From: Minutocellus sp. GHC0000111
Lineage: Eukaryota
NCBI GenBank assembly: GCA_977018835.1
Contig: OZ361257.1
Coordinates: 3,658,001-3,722,000, forward strand
DNA: 64,000 nt
Direction of reading: 5' to 3'
The notes under the pieces are model-generated. The model ran no database searches. It had not been told where the DNA came from and saw only the letters and a program-made list of their open reading frames with translations. Positions 11,252 to 23,158 of this stretch are shown here, one piece after another (the stretch's first letter is position 1; each line of letters starts with the position of its first letter). The translations under genes were made by a program, and so were the position numbers.

Positions 11252-11632
11252 GGCGTTAGAGTGCAGTGATAGAGATACGAATCTACAGTATAACGCAGTT
11301 AGTTGCTGTTGCGTGGTTTGTTATGCGGTTGTAGAGACAGCTTTGTGCTGCTGGCAGAATGCTGATGAGAACGATACCGCCCATCCATCCAGTCCGCTCA
11401 TTTTTTGGCCACGTCTCGCGCTCGTTAGCGTTCGTTCTTTTCTGTCCATCCTCGTCCTTCCGTCGCCGTCGACCAGTCCGTTTCATGAACAGCACGAAAT
11501 GACGTATCAGAAACTAAGCCGCAAAACCGTCACCCAAAAACCGGTCAAAGCCTCTCTGATCATTGCATGATCAGAGACCCAACGATGACGCCACTTTGAT
11601 GCTACACGTAGCCAACTGCCAAAGCACCAGCC

Positions 11633-12802
11633 ATGACCCAAGTTGCCTGTTCCGTCATCCTTCACGCGTCGACCCTCCGGCTGTGCTGGCGAACCATCAA
11701 GGCCACAAAGACAGATCAAAATACATGCAATTCACACGACGACCAACCACTGCTGCAATCAGCGTCGTCATTGGACGAGGAGATACCCCAACTTTGGACT
11801 CTCCTTGCCTGCCACACCATTTACGCCGGCGTATTGGAATCCCTCGTTTCGTGGGTGCCGTTCTACTACTACGCCAAGATGCTTCTGCTTTTAGTAACAT
11901 TTATTCCCGGTACGCGTTTTCCCAACTATTGGTTCGAATGTTGGCTGGTTCCTGGCATTGACAGGTTGCATTCGGCATTGGACGTGGACTGGCGGACACA
12001 TCTGATGCATCAGCTTCGGTATTTACCACTGCTGCTATTGGATCTGCTATTCGTGCCGGGAATATTGGGAGATGGCGACGACGATGGGACCGAGGCAGCG
12101 AGACGAGACCACCTCGTGGCCGAGGAGGAAGCTGTAGATGCAACGGAACTTCAGAGCCCGTCCAAATCGCGCAGTCGTCTCTTGGCGAGTGGGTTGCAGC
12201 TGCGCAACTTTTCCAAAGAACATGCCTCGTGGACACCTTCGGCGCCCAAATTGTCGTCGTCGTTGTTATCGATGACGCCGCGGAAGAAGATTGTGTTGGA
12301 ATCTCCCACTGCAACACCGACGATGCGGTCGCTGCTTGCACAGACTCCTGCTGAAACAACCAAGGCCGAAAGAAGCAGGAGGAGACGTCGACGGACGATG
12401 AACGAGAAATTCCGCAAGGTGTTGTGCGGCGACGAAAATATCCGCATACGTGACTACCTGTTTGATTTGGATATGCCATCTCTTCCTGCGATGCAGGGCG
12501 GTGAAGAGGGCGGACATTTGAGTGGAGAAGGACGACGAAAAGTGGTCGTTTCAAGCGCCGATAGGGACGGTGACGAACGACGCCGAAAGCAAAGCGAGCA
12601 GAATAGACGACGGAGGAGGACCTTTGGGGGTACCTTGATGCGGAGAGAAGAATTCCTATCCTCTGCGATTACCGGGGATCCGAGGAATGAGGGCGGGAAT
12701 TCTGACGGCAATAATAGCCTTGGTGATGGCGACAACATTGGTAGTGGAAGTGCAAGCACCACGGTGAGACAAAGCAGGAGAATTGCGAAGAAACAGAAAT
12801 AG
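11633..12802 (+). CDS. TB2/DP1/HVA22 (REEP-like) membrane protein with a disordered tail
   Basis: W...ESLVSWVPFYYYAKMLLLLVTFIP.T is the typical HVA22/REEP signature. Confidence 0.7.
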   Translation: MTQVACSVILHASTLRLCWRTIKATKTDQNTCNSHDDQPLLQSASSLDEEIPQLWTLLACHTIYAGVLESLVSWVPFYYYAKMLLLLVTFIPGTRFPNYWFECWLVPGIDRLHSALDVDWRTHLMHQLRYLPLLLLDLLFVPGILGDGDDDGTEAARRDHLVAEEEAVDATELQSPSKSRSRLLASGLQLRNFSKEHASWTPSAPKLSSSLLSMTPRKKIVLESPTATPTMRSLLAQTPAETTKAERSRRRRRRTMNEKFRKVLCGDENIRIRDYLFDLDMPSLPAMQGGEEGGHLSGEGRRKVVVSSADRDGDERRRKQSEQNRRRRRTFGGTLMRREEFLSSAITGDPRNEGGNSDGNNSLGDGDNIGSGSASTTVRQSRRIAKKQK

Positions 12803-12983
12803 ACTATGTTCTCCTTGTATCGAGGTCTGTATTTTTACCAAGCTGGGCTAGATCTGCGGAATGCTCGGCGTATGATTGGAGCTGTGATTAGATTTGGTAA
12901 CCATTTTGTTTTCTTGTAATTCCTAAATTTACTTGTCTTCATTATCTTAAAGTAGAAGAAACCGAATAATCCAATCCAGCTTT

Positions 12984-14184
12984 TTATTCAGCCTTGGCCG
13001 TGGCAGCAGCAGCCGACTGAGTCATCTCTACAATGATATTCTTCACATCCTTACGATCCTCAGCCTTTCTGGGGAACGGCAAGCGCATCTTGAATTGCTG
13101 GGGCTGATCCGATGCTCTCGGAGTACGCGAGACCTTGACATACATGCCGAGACTGTCCACACTAGTAATAATGGCCTCGTCAACCTCAAGGCCAGGAATG
13201 GCATCCGCGATCATTGCGATAGTGCTATCCTGATGATCTTCATTCATGTGCTGAGCAACGTGTCCACCAAAGGCCATGATGGGATCAGGCTCAGCCTCGG
13301 CATGTTCTTCAGGCGTGACAGATCCAGCACGAGCGAATCCACCAACGAAACGAATGTCGACAATCTTGTCCATCCGAAACCAATTAAAATCGCCAAATTC
13401 CACTGATTAGTGAGGAGAAGAGAGAGAGAGAAATGGTTTGAATTGTTAGCAGAAGAGAGTGACAGAGAAATGGCACACGGGTAAAAAGGCACAAAAAGCA
13501 CATAGATAATTTGCAAATTATTCAGGGACTCGTCTCATACAACAATATGGTTCGTCCAAGGGGTGATAAAGCGATCATATCATAGATACCAGGCCTTCAT
13601 CAGGACGGCATCAACGTACCCCAAAAGGCACCAGGATGCTTAGCCAAGTAGCAAGCCTTGGCCGCCTCCTTCTCCTCATTCTTGAGCAAAGTTACTTCGC
13701 CCATCAAGTTGACTCTTCCATCGGCAGCTCCCTTGAACTCCTTAGAAGCGATTGTGACCGAGCATCTGGGATCGGCCAAAATGTCCTGAGTATGCGTGCT
13801 CATTCCAGAAAACACGAAGAGAGGCCGCCCCTCTTCATCTGGGGCAAATCCAACAACAGATCCTCCCGGATAGCCCGGATTGGCCTTGCTGTTCGTGCTC
13901 ATCACGGCAAAACCGTGATTGTACTGGACCAGGGAGCGGATGTCCGTGGCCCATCCCAACTTGGGCGCGTTCTGCTGATGCTCGGCGAAGGCAGCCTGGA
14001 TCTTGGCCTCTTCCGGATCCATCTCGGCAGCGGCTCCAGACGAACGCACGTCGTGCCGAGGCGCATTCTTCTCGAACAGCGCAGATGTCGTCACCGAGCG
14101 GCTGGGAACAGAAGCACTGGGCGCGAAAGCGTCACACCCCGATGTGACGATGGCAATGGCGGCGATGGCAGCGGTGACTCTCAT
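12984..14184 (-). CDS. Plastid-targeted HugZ-like split-barrel protein (pyridoxamine oxidase-like + DUF2470); intron 13403-13619
   Basis: Signal peptide ending GCDA-FAP (ASAFAP type); GYPGGSVV, HT..I..DPR; spliced FWVEFGDF; HMNEDH; R.PFPR. Confidence 0.9.
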
Positions 14185-14521
14185 GGTTGCGCTACGGAAT
14201 ACCTTCTCGATCTCGTCTTTGTACCAAATTTATTTGTGAGTCAGCAGATGACTGAGATCAAGAGTGAGAAAAAGGGGTGGACCGTTTCGGGGGAACCCGG
14301 AGATCTATCGATCTCTAGTAGCTCTCGCCGCTCAGCTGACTTTTTTGTCAGACCTTCATGCACTTCAATGATGGATGGACCGGTCTCCGACGTCGAGAAA
14401 ACATATACGGTGGCATAGTCTAGCTCCAGCTACATAAATTTTATACAGCAATGTCTCTGGACACTTCATGTACGACATGTCCAACTGCAGAGGAATTCCT
14501 CGTGAAATTCTCTCTCAAGAT

Positions 14522-15931
14522 CTACTTCTTCTTGCTGCTGCCATTGCTTAGCTCCGTTTCCACCTTGGCAATTTCCGAATCCAGCACGCCGATGACTTCA
14601 GCAAAGTCCGGTCGCTTTTTGAAGGAATCGCTCCAACAGGATTTGATCAGATTCTGGAGATCTTCGGGCCAAGTATCGTCGATATCGGGCCGGGTTCCAA
14701 AGTTACAAACCATTTCTCGAATCATGGCCTGATTGAAAAACTTGAAGGGTATTTCCATCGCCACAACCTCCCAAAGCATGATACCAAACGAATACACATC
14801 AACAGAAAAGTTGTAGGGCTTCTTATTGGCCACTTCCGGTGCCATGTACCGGATGGATCCAGTGTTGCCCGTCAGCCGGTACGCACCATTGGCCATCTTG
14901 TCTTCCGGATGCAACTCCTTGGCCAATCCAAAATCAAACACCTTGACAACATTCTTTACATCAAAGCCAATGTTCTCGGGTTTTATGTCGCGATAAATCA
15001 CATTCAGACCGTGCAAGTGTTGCATGGCCGAGGCAATGTTCCTCGCCACAGTGAGGCGTTCTCCAAATAATCGCTTCTTCTTGTTTTTGCTACCTCTCTT
15101 GAACATGGCTAGGCAGGACGTCGAGTTCTTTAACTCCTCCTGCCAATCCTCAATCCGTTCGTCGAGAGTATCGTACAGCCGATCCATAACAATGAAATAA
15201 TTCTTGTCAAACATATCAATCTCTCCCACGGCACGCATCTTGATAATGTGTTGGTGGTTCAACACCGACAAAAAGTGCGTCTCCGTGGCCATATCCATCG
15301 CGGCCCGGATGAACTTTTTGGCATTGGCCTTGACCTCCGGGCTAACTTCCTTGATGGCATACCGAGCCGCTCCACCCTTGCCGAGTACGAAATCCTGCAT
15401 AAACTTTTTGGTTTGGAAGGCGTTCTCATCAAAGTCGGGATCCAATTCCGGCACGTACTCTGGTTCGTCCACCACGGCTTGCTCCTTCTGTTCATGCTGC
15501 TGCTGCTTCTTGGACTTCTTTTTGCTGCCAATTTTACCGCTCAGTCCTCGTGGAGATGGCGCCACCGGTGGTGGTGGCGGCGGCTGCGGGGCAATGTTGG
15601 CCCAGCTCCGGAACGAAAAGGAATTGTGCTTGGTATCTTTTTTTATGCGGATTCCCAAAATTTCGCTCACGGTTCCGAACCCACCCTTTCCCAAGACATT
15701 GCCAATCTTGAGCTCGTCCTTGTGAAATTGGGGGAACAACTGCTCCTTCTCTCCGATGCCCAGCTTCGTATCGGCAAAGCTTGCCTTGACCTTTTCCCGT
15801 GCCTTGTCCAGCGCGGCCTTGACGGCGGCAATCTTCTCGGCGTCGAGATCGGCCGCTGTCGGTGCAACTACTGGTGCCGATCCTGGCGTTGTTGTTTCCT
15901 CCTGATCTTCCGACAGCGTTTGGAGGACCAT
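14522..15931 (-). CDS. Ser/Thr (TKL-like) protein kinase of a diatom-expanded family
   Basis: LGKGGFG, YAIK, YRDIKPEN, DFG, GSIRYMAPE, DVYSFG. Confidence 0.95.
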   Translation of the reverse strand: MVLQTLSEDQEETTTPGSAPVVAPTAADLDAEKIAAVKAALDKAREKVKASFADTKLGIGEKEQLFPQFHKDELKIGNVLGKGGFGTVSEILGIRIKKDTKHNSFSFRSWANIAPQPPPPPPVAPSPRGLSGKIGSKKKSKKQQQHEQKEQAVVDEPEYVPELDPDFDENAFQTKKFMQDFVLGKGGAARYAIKEVSPEVKANAKKFIRAAMDMATETHFLSVLNHQHIIKMRAVGEIDMFDKNYFIVMDRLYDTLDERIEDWQEELKNSTSCLAMFKRGSKNKKKRLFGERLTVARNIASAMQHLHGLNVIYRDIKPENIGFDVKNVVKVFDFGLAKELHPEDKMANGAYRLTGNTGSIRYMAPEVANKKPYNFSVDVYSFGIMLWEVVAMEIPFKFFNQAMIREMVCNFGTRPDIDDTWPEDLQNLIKSCWSDSFKKRPDFAEVIGVLDSEIAKVETELSNGSSKKK

Positions 15932-16706
15932 CTTTGGTGGACGTGTGGTCGACACCTGGAGGTAGAGCGGAGGCAATGGCGTGGGACACGTTTGTTGCGT
16001 GTGCTCCTTCCGAGAGATTTATTGGAGATCAGTGACGAGTGGACTGACGGATGGAGCGCCTTGAATTGAATTTTCTCCGGGGGATATTGGCGACGAATCA
16101 GCACTATTCTTCACGTGATTAGCGACCTATTGGGTTTCTTATGGGTGCAATGGAGGCTACTGTGGTTCGGCTTTTAGCGAAAAGTGATGGCTCGATGCAT
16201 GGTGCATGGGCGTGGATTTCGGCGGAATGCGGCACAGAAAAAATGGCATACAGGGTTATTTCGATCGGGGAGACCTCTAAAAAGAATGGAGTGAGTCGAG
16301 TAAGTCCAACAGAATTTGATGCCGTGATTGCGTGGAGGAAAGTAAAAAAGAAACACCGAGCATAATTGAAATTAAGGTTTAGTTACATATTGATAATAGA
16401 GTACACTTCTCAAGAAAAAGTAAAATCAAAGATAATTGTATATATTGGGTAACAAAGCCTGTCAAGGAACACCAAAGCGAACAGGCCCACAGCTATCGCA
16501 AGGCCATTGTCCATATCTCAAATCGTAGACCAATCATTTCCCCTTGTTGAGGTTGTATTGCCTTGCCTCGGCCCCTCAGTTCTTGTGTCAAACCACACCG
16601 ACGCGCTTGTGTGCGTGCTGTCCCTTTCCTGCTGTCCTATTGCCGCGGCGCTTTCTCGTCTCTGCTGATTATATTGCCATCGGCGCGCGCTTCCATCAAA
16701 AGAAGA

Positions 16707-19700
16707 ATGATGCAGACCAAACCAAGACATTCACAGTCCCGAGTGTCCGGGCTGGCCGGGGCTGCCGCCTTGACCGGAACCATGGCGGTTCTGCTGGCGA
16801 CGACCCTTGTCCAAGCCGACATGGGGCCCAATCCAGAGCCGTTTGAGTTCATTGAGAGCGATGGGTCGCATTCCGGTGCTCTTTGGGTCAAGGGCCGGCT
16901 GGACGAATACATCTGGCTCGAGGACGAAAATTCCATGACGGTCATTCACGACGAGGAGACCGGCAACGACTACTACGCGTACTACGACGACGTTACCGGC
17001 GTGGTCCTGCCCGATTACGACTGCCGCATCACCCGCGATGGTACCTGCGACGCGCGGAAGAAGGGATACAAGAAGCGGCAGAAGCCCAGCACGGCGGTAC
17101 GAGAGCAGACGACGGGCAAATTCGGACGCAAGGCCCGAAGGTCCAAGCTCCATCCCAAGATCCTCCGGTACAAGGCCCGCAAGAGGCAGAAGAAGATGAA
17201 CCAGCAAAATGGTTTGGGTGGGGACTATGATCCCAACCGTCGTGCCCTTCGCAGTCTCCGCGGCCTCCAGGGTGATGGCGAAGTGCTAAAGAATATGGTA
17301 ATTTTGCTCCGCTTCTCGAATCACTTCGACCGCCAGTTGCCCACGGAAGCTCAGTACGAGCAGCTCTTCAACGCCAAGGATGCCTTCCTCGATCCCGCGG
17401 CCCATCCCAACTGCGACACTGGCAGTGTTCGTGATTGTTTCCGAGTTGGATCTCATGGTGACCTCGACCTCGATTCCGAGATCTTCGGATGGCTCACGCT
17501 GCCCCAGACCGAGGCCTACTACGTCGACGGGTACTACGGCGTCACCGGCCGTCTTCAGCAGGAGGGATTGGCGTGGGGACTGAATCAGGTCCAAGACATC
17601 CTTCACGCTCAGGGACGAAGCTTTGCCGAATTCGACCAGGATGGGGATGGATGGATCGACTCCATTACCTTTATTCACTCCGGCTACGATGCCGCCGCCG
17701 GAGGGGCCGACTGCTACGGTACCTCCCCCTCTGGACGTGTCTGGTCTCATAAGTGGGCTATCCCTGGAGACTGGAGATCCGCCGAAAACGTCAAGGTAGG
17801 CGACTATCACATCAACGCAGGCCTCTGGGGAACCTGCAACAGCGATATCGCGAGAATTGGAGTCATCTGGTGAGTATATGTACGAATCTTTTTCACCGTT
17901 CTGATCTGATTTAACCTCTTGGCTAACTTGACTTGTCTTTCACTTTTGTGTTAAATTATCTGCACCAACAGTCACGAGACTGGTCATTTCCTTGGCCTAC
18001 TCGATATGTACGATGGCAATGGCCCGGTCGGAATCGGTAATTGGGGGATGATGGTAAGTTTGGCAGTAAGAGACTCTTTCGTTTCTCTCAGTTCTTCTTC
18101 TGTTTTTGCTTTCTCACTCTTAACTCAATCGTTCCCCCCTTACTCCTCCACTTTTGATTTGCAACTCGCAGGGTAATGCCTGGGGATGGTCTGGTCAGCA
18201 AAAGGACCCCCCAGCATTCGATGCCTGGTCCAAAATCCAGCTAGGGTGGCTCGATCCGGTTTACATAACCGAGGATGGAACCTACAGCGTTGCCCCTACC
18301 CACGCAAGCTCGGTGATTTATGTTATCAACGATGGTTTTCCTGATAAGGAATACATGATCTTGGAGAATAGGCAGTCTTTCGACATGGACAAATTCAACT
18401 TCAATGGCGGATTGATGGTCTATCACATCGACGAGAGGGCTCAGATCAACAATGAAGGCCATCCTGGACAATCAGGGTGGCCTGCCAATGGCAATCACTA
18501 CGCTTGCTCTATCCTGCCGAGAGATGGCGCGTACGATCTTGAGAAGGGCAGTAACTACGGAGATGCCAACGATCTCTTCCGCAACGGAGATGAGCTCGGT
18601 CCGAACGGTGTGTCTTTCAACGGTGAACAAAGGTCGGCGTATCCCAACACCGACTCGTACCAGTATGGCAATATCGAGTCAACCGGCCATACAATCTTTG
18701 GTATCGACGTCAAGGCCGATGGTTCCATCGGCTTAAATTACTGCAATGGTTGTGACCCCTCGACATTCAGCGGTGGGCCTGTGGGTTCTCCCACGAATCC
18801 ACCCCCAACCCCCGTCCCACCAACACCAGGTGAGTCATTTGCTTGTCTTTTTCTTATGTGGATGGGACCTGAACTTATGTTACTTTTTTAAAATTGCTTT
18901 TCCTTCGAAAACATAATCTCAACATTTTCGTACATATTTGTTGCCGGCATAGTGCCTCCCACTCCAGCACCGCCAACGCCTGTGCCTCCCACTCCAGTGC
19001 CGCCAACGCCCGTTCCGCCTACGCCAGGTAAGAACTTATTTTTCTTGAGAAAGTTTTGGTGAACTATTGATGCATGCGCTTGATCTACCTCCGAATTATC
19101 GTAAGTCCTCACCATTTTTCCATCGATACATTATCCTGATCTCCTTTACACCCTTAGTGCCTCCCACTCCTGTACCACCTACACCGGTGCCGCCCACGCC
19201 TGTTCCGCCAACTCCAGGTGCGTGTTTTCTCTCTCTCCTCCTCCCCCCCTTCAAAATCATCGCAATTAATATTTTCTACTCGTTCAAATCTCAAATTGTG
19301 AACCCTCAACAAATTCATCATTTTCAATGCTTTCTACCTTTTTTCACTCCTAGTGCCCCCAACGCCGGTACCACCGACGCCTCCACCGACATCGTCGCCC
19401 ACGGTGGCACCAAATCCGCTACCTACCACGCCTTATCCCAGCCCTTCTCCCACCAAGACACCCACCAAATCTCCAACGGATGTCAACCACTGTTTGTCGA
19501 ATCCATGCCAGAATGGTGCGACGTGCAAGGACTGCAACTCGGTCGTTTGCAATAACAATTACGACGACTATGAATGCGAATGCGTTGGCCCTGCCGCGGG
19601 ATATGGTGGTCGATACTGCGAGACCAACATCGATGATTGTCTTGGCCAGCCCTGTGTCAATGGGGGTAGGTGCATCGACCTAGTCAATGCCTATCAGTGC

Positions 19701-20723
19701 GACTGCTCCGACACAGGATATTCCGGTACCGTGTGCGACGTCCGAGATCCAACTCCCGCACCCACTCCTGCTCCTACCCCTGGGCCGACCCCGGCTCCGA
19801 CCCCCGGACCAACACCAGCACCCGTCGTTCCAACTCCGGCACCTGTCGAGCCAGTCGCCCAACCAACCCTCTCCCCAGCGGATGCAACCCTTTTACCCAA
19901 TCCCCTCTTCGTCTCCTATGAAGGCGGCAGTGGTCAAGATGGTGTCATGTTTGATACCGTCGCCCTTGCCCACATCCACGTCAAGGAATTCGAAATCAAC
20001 TGCGATAGTACCAATGTAGAGTACTTTGAAGTTTACACGAAGAGCGGCTCGTACGATGGGTTCGAAAGTTCGGCATCGGATTGGACAAAAATCTGCGTTG
20101 GAGACGTCCAATGCATGGGTGCCGGCGAGTCTACCCTTATTCCCTCTTCACTCTGCAGTGACGACGTGAAAGTTGCAGCCGGTGACGTTCAAGCATTCTA
20201 CATTACGTCGAACAGATCTGTTGTGGACTACACATCGACAAGGACCAAGGAGGGCAATGTCGCCGCCGAAAATGAGTGCGTCGCGCTCTTGATCGGCAAA
20301 GGAAAGGAGTACCCCTTCAAGAAATCTCACAAGAAGCGCATTTTCAACGGACAACTGGATATTCTCTGCGATGTACCCCAAGGTTTATCGGGCATTTCCG
20401 GCAAGACAACGTACCCGTTTGGCATGCCCGGTAGTGGCGGCGGTAAGAAGAAAAAGAACAAGGGCGGCAAAAAGGCCAAGTTCATGCCTCGAGACGGCAT
20501 GTCTGATGCTGTCTGTGAGGATTATGATTACTGCAACGATGACTTGGAATGCATCGATAGTAGATGCGAAATCAGAATAGGATTCGATGGAGGCGAGGGG
20601 TTAGAGGAGTGCGGCTTGGATGGTTCCCCTTGTGTCGCAGGAGCAGATTGCTGTTCGGCTTACAAGTGCGAGCTGGTCGGTTCCAGCAGCACAGATCGGA
20701 GATGTAAACCTCTCGACTCGTAA
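16707..20723 (+). CDS. Secreted M6 (immune inhibitor A-type) zinc metalloprotease with a Pro/Thr stalk, two EGF domains and a Cys-rich tail; 6 exons
   Basis: Introns 17870-17971, 18054-18171, 18830-18952, 19028-19157, 19218-19353. The spliced product gives ICHETGHFLGLLDMYD (HExxHxxGxxD), WSHKW, WSKIQLGW, ENRQ, YHIDE. EGF repeats CLSNPCQNGATC and CVNGGRCIDLVNAYQC. Confidence 0.9.
18800..19385 (+). repeat. (VPPTP)n coding repeat split across 75-nt and 60-nt mini-exons
   Basis: Exon 18953-19027 encodes 5 pentapeptides and exon 19158-19217 encodes 4; all flanking introns are phase 1. Confidence 0.85.
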
Positions 20724-21370
20724 CTGTATAATCAATCTATTACAATAAGACTCTTGTATTGCATGTACGGTGGAGAATCGAATCTACCAGTTGGAAACTT
20801 GAATCCTGGCTCGACTCGAACTCGACTCACTCCTCCTGATGACTGGTCCATGATCCGTACCGGTAGTTGTGGGTACCGCACGGTGGGGATGAGCTGGCGA
20901 CGGTGGTTAGCAGCAGGCACTAAAACTGCATTCCTGTAGTGCCCAGTTTTTCTGCTGACCACCACCTTCGCCTCCTCTCGTCTCAACTGACCAAGCCACA
21001 ACCATCTGCGATTGCTGCCGTTGCAATTGCAATTGCTAAGTCAGCTTACAGTACCGGCTCCCAGAGCCTGTCTCTCTCTCTCTCAGTAGTTAGTTAGTTT
21101 TAAATTCCCTCAAACCGCCAATGCCAGCTCCCCTCACCCTCTAAGAAGTTTCATTTACCGCCCCGCCAATGCCAGCTCCAGTTCACGTAGTTAAACTGCA
21201 TTTCATGTTCTACTAAGTTGCATAGAGTTGGGAGAATCAGCGGAGGGAGGTACTGTGTTCGATGTATCATCGTTGCCGCCACCACGGAGAGTTGCCACAA
21301 GCGCAAGAGAAAACACCCGGATCAACAAATCCGCATCCGGCCGTATCCGCGCCATTTTCACAACAGCAAG

Positions 21371-22992
21371 ATGGGGAGCAAGACGCATCGCCAGCGACCC
21401 ACCTGCGTAGAAGGCAGAACACGGCGATTCTACCGCCAAATATCTCTCGCTTTTCCATTGGTGGCCGTTCTTTTCGTGGGGCGCGAAAGCTTTGAAGGAC
21501 TTGCCCTGCGACGACCCTTGGGTGGCGCCTCTTGCGCCATCGCCATGCACCGTAGAGGAAATAAATCGGCAGCAGTTCAGCCAACGTACTCAAGGTCTTC
21601 TCTTGCCTTCAAGCGATCTGAAGAAGATGATCTCAATGTTGCTGTCATAGACGAGGAGAAGGGTGGTATTGGGCCGTATATCACCATCGTTTTGCCTCTG
21701 CTTCTTGTGTACATCAGCAATCAATGGAGTCGAGCTTCCCTCTATTTTTTTGTTGATTTCTCCGATTCCACCGATGTTACTGCATACACGGCGATGAATG
21801 TAGACCTTGGCTTCTCGCAGGCTCAATATGGGGCCCTTGCAAGTGTGGCCTTCACGGCCTTGTTTGCAGTGGCTTCACTATTTGCTGGAAATTTTGCAGA
21901 AAAAACGACAGGCGCGTGCTGACAGCAGGATCGGCTACCGTGTGGACTGCGGCCACGCTCGGTACCTCCATAGCAACAACATACGAACAGGTGGTGATTT
22001 GCCGCATTATTATGGGACTTGCATGTGCCGTTACTACTCCTGCAGCCTACACACTGATTCGAGACAGTGTGCCTTCGTCCCGAGCTGCATTAGCAAATTC
22101 CCTCTATGGTGGAGGGATTTATCTAGGCGGAGCACTTGCCTCTCTCTCGATTCTACTGGACAATTCGCTCGGCTGGAGAGGTGCTCTTGGAGCAATCGGC
22201 GTATATGGATTGGTGTGTACTCTTCTGTCGGCGCTTATTTTACCAGCTGATCCTAAGACTGTTGCCAACGAAGGCACTGCCTCTACCATTTCCGGAAAGA
22301 GCAAAGAAGCGGCTGAGTCAATGTCGGTCATTGACGATGCGAAGGCAGTTCTTTCAACGCCCCGGGTGCGATGGCTTTTCCTCGCGTCATTTACGCGCTT
22401 CTGCTCAGGATTATGCATCGGTGTGTGGGGAGCGCCCTACTTTCGATCTGCATTTCCAGACGACGCAACGACATATGCGGTAGTCAATGCTTTCATTGTT
22501 GGGCTCTGTGGCGTGACAAGCGGCATCCTAGGCGGAGTTCTGTCGGATAAAGCTGCTGAAGTTGCGTCCGAACGAGGAATCGAAGAGAATAAAGGCCGAC
22601 TAGCAGTTCCGATTGTTGGCTCACTTCTTGCAGTTCCGAGCTGGTGGTTAGCTGTCAACTCGTCGACGTTTGAGCTCAGTATGGCCTGGTTAGCAGTCGA
22701 GTATTTGGTGGCAGAGTGCTGGTTTGGGTCGGCTGTTGCGGTCCTGCAATCCAGCGTCGGTAAAGAGAGGGGAGGCACTGCGCAGGGTATGTTCACTCTG
22801 ACTGGAGCTGTGGGAAATTTGGCACCATCGTTACTTGGCGTACTTTATGGCCAGGCCACTTCGCAAGGAGTTGACAATCAAGTGGCTCTTTCCAACCTAT
22901 TGGGTGTGGCTGTATGTGCCGGTTACTTGATAAGTGCCGTGTGCTTCTTCTTTAGCTCGCAAGCTCCAATCACTGCTGATGATTCCAGCTGA
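21371..22992 (+). CDS. MFS transporter (spinster-like), with a 1-nt frameshift in an A-run at about 21900
   Basis: The two ORFs join as FAEKNDRRVL if one A is added to the run at 21900-21905; multiple hydrophobic TM segments; CRIIMG and A.ANS.Y..GIYLG motifs. Confidence 0.85.
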
Positions 22993-23158
22993 TTATGAAA
23001 CTATACAATACAGGCTTAATGCCTTTGCTAATATGGAATTGTAATGTGCCGCTGCTATTTCTACATTTAGACAAGTAAGTCGTAGCTTGCTTTTTGATTT
23101 AATTTTCTATTTCGGATTCGGATGGTATTACACTCTAGCTCGCTACAGTAGTACTAAT

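Noticed and set aside
9770..11269. 499-aa + strand ORF
   Set aside because: Antisense shadow of the GC3-rich gene at 9890-11251; no recognisable motifs
18800..19850. CRISPR-like or satellite array
   Set aside because: The repeats are codon-degenerate Pro/Thr peptide repeats separated by introns, not identical repeats with spacers
21895..21910. Programmed frameshift in the MFS gene
   Set aside because: A single missing A in a homopolymer is most simply a consensus error; no stimulatory structure seen
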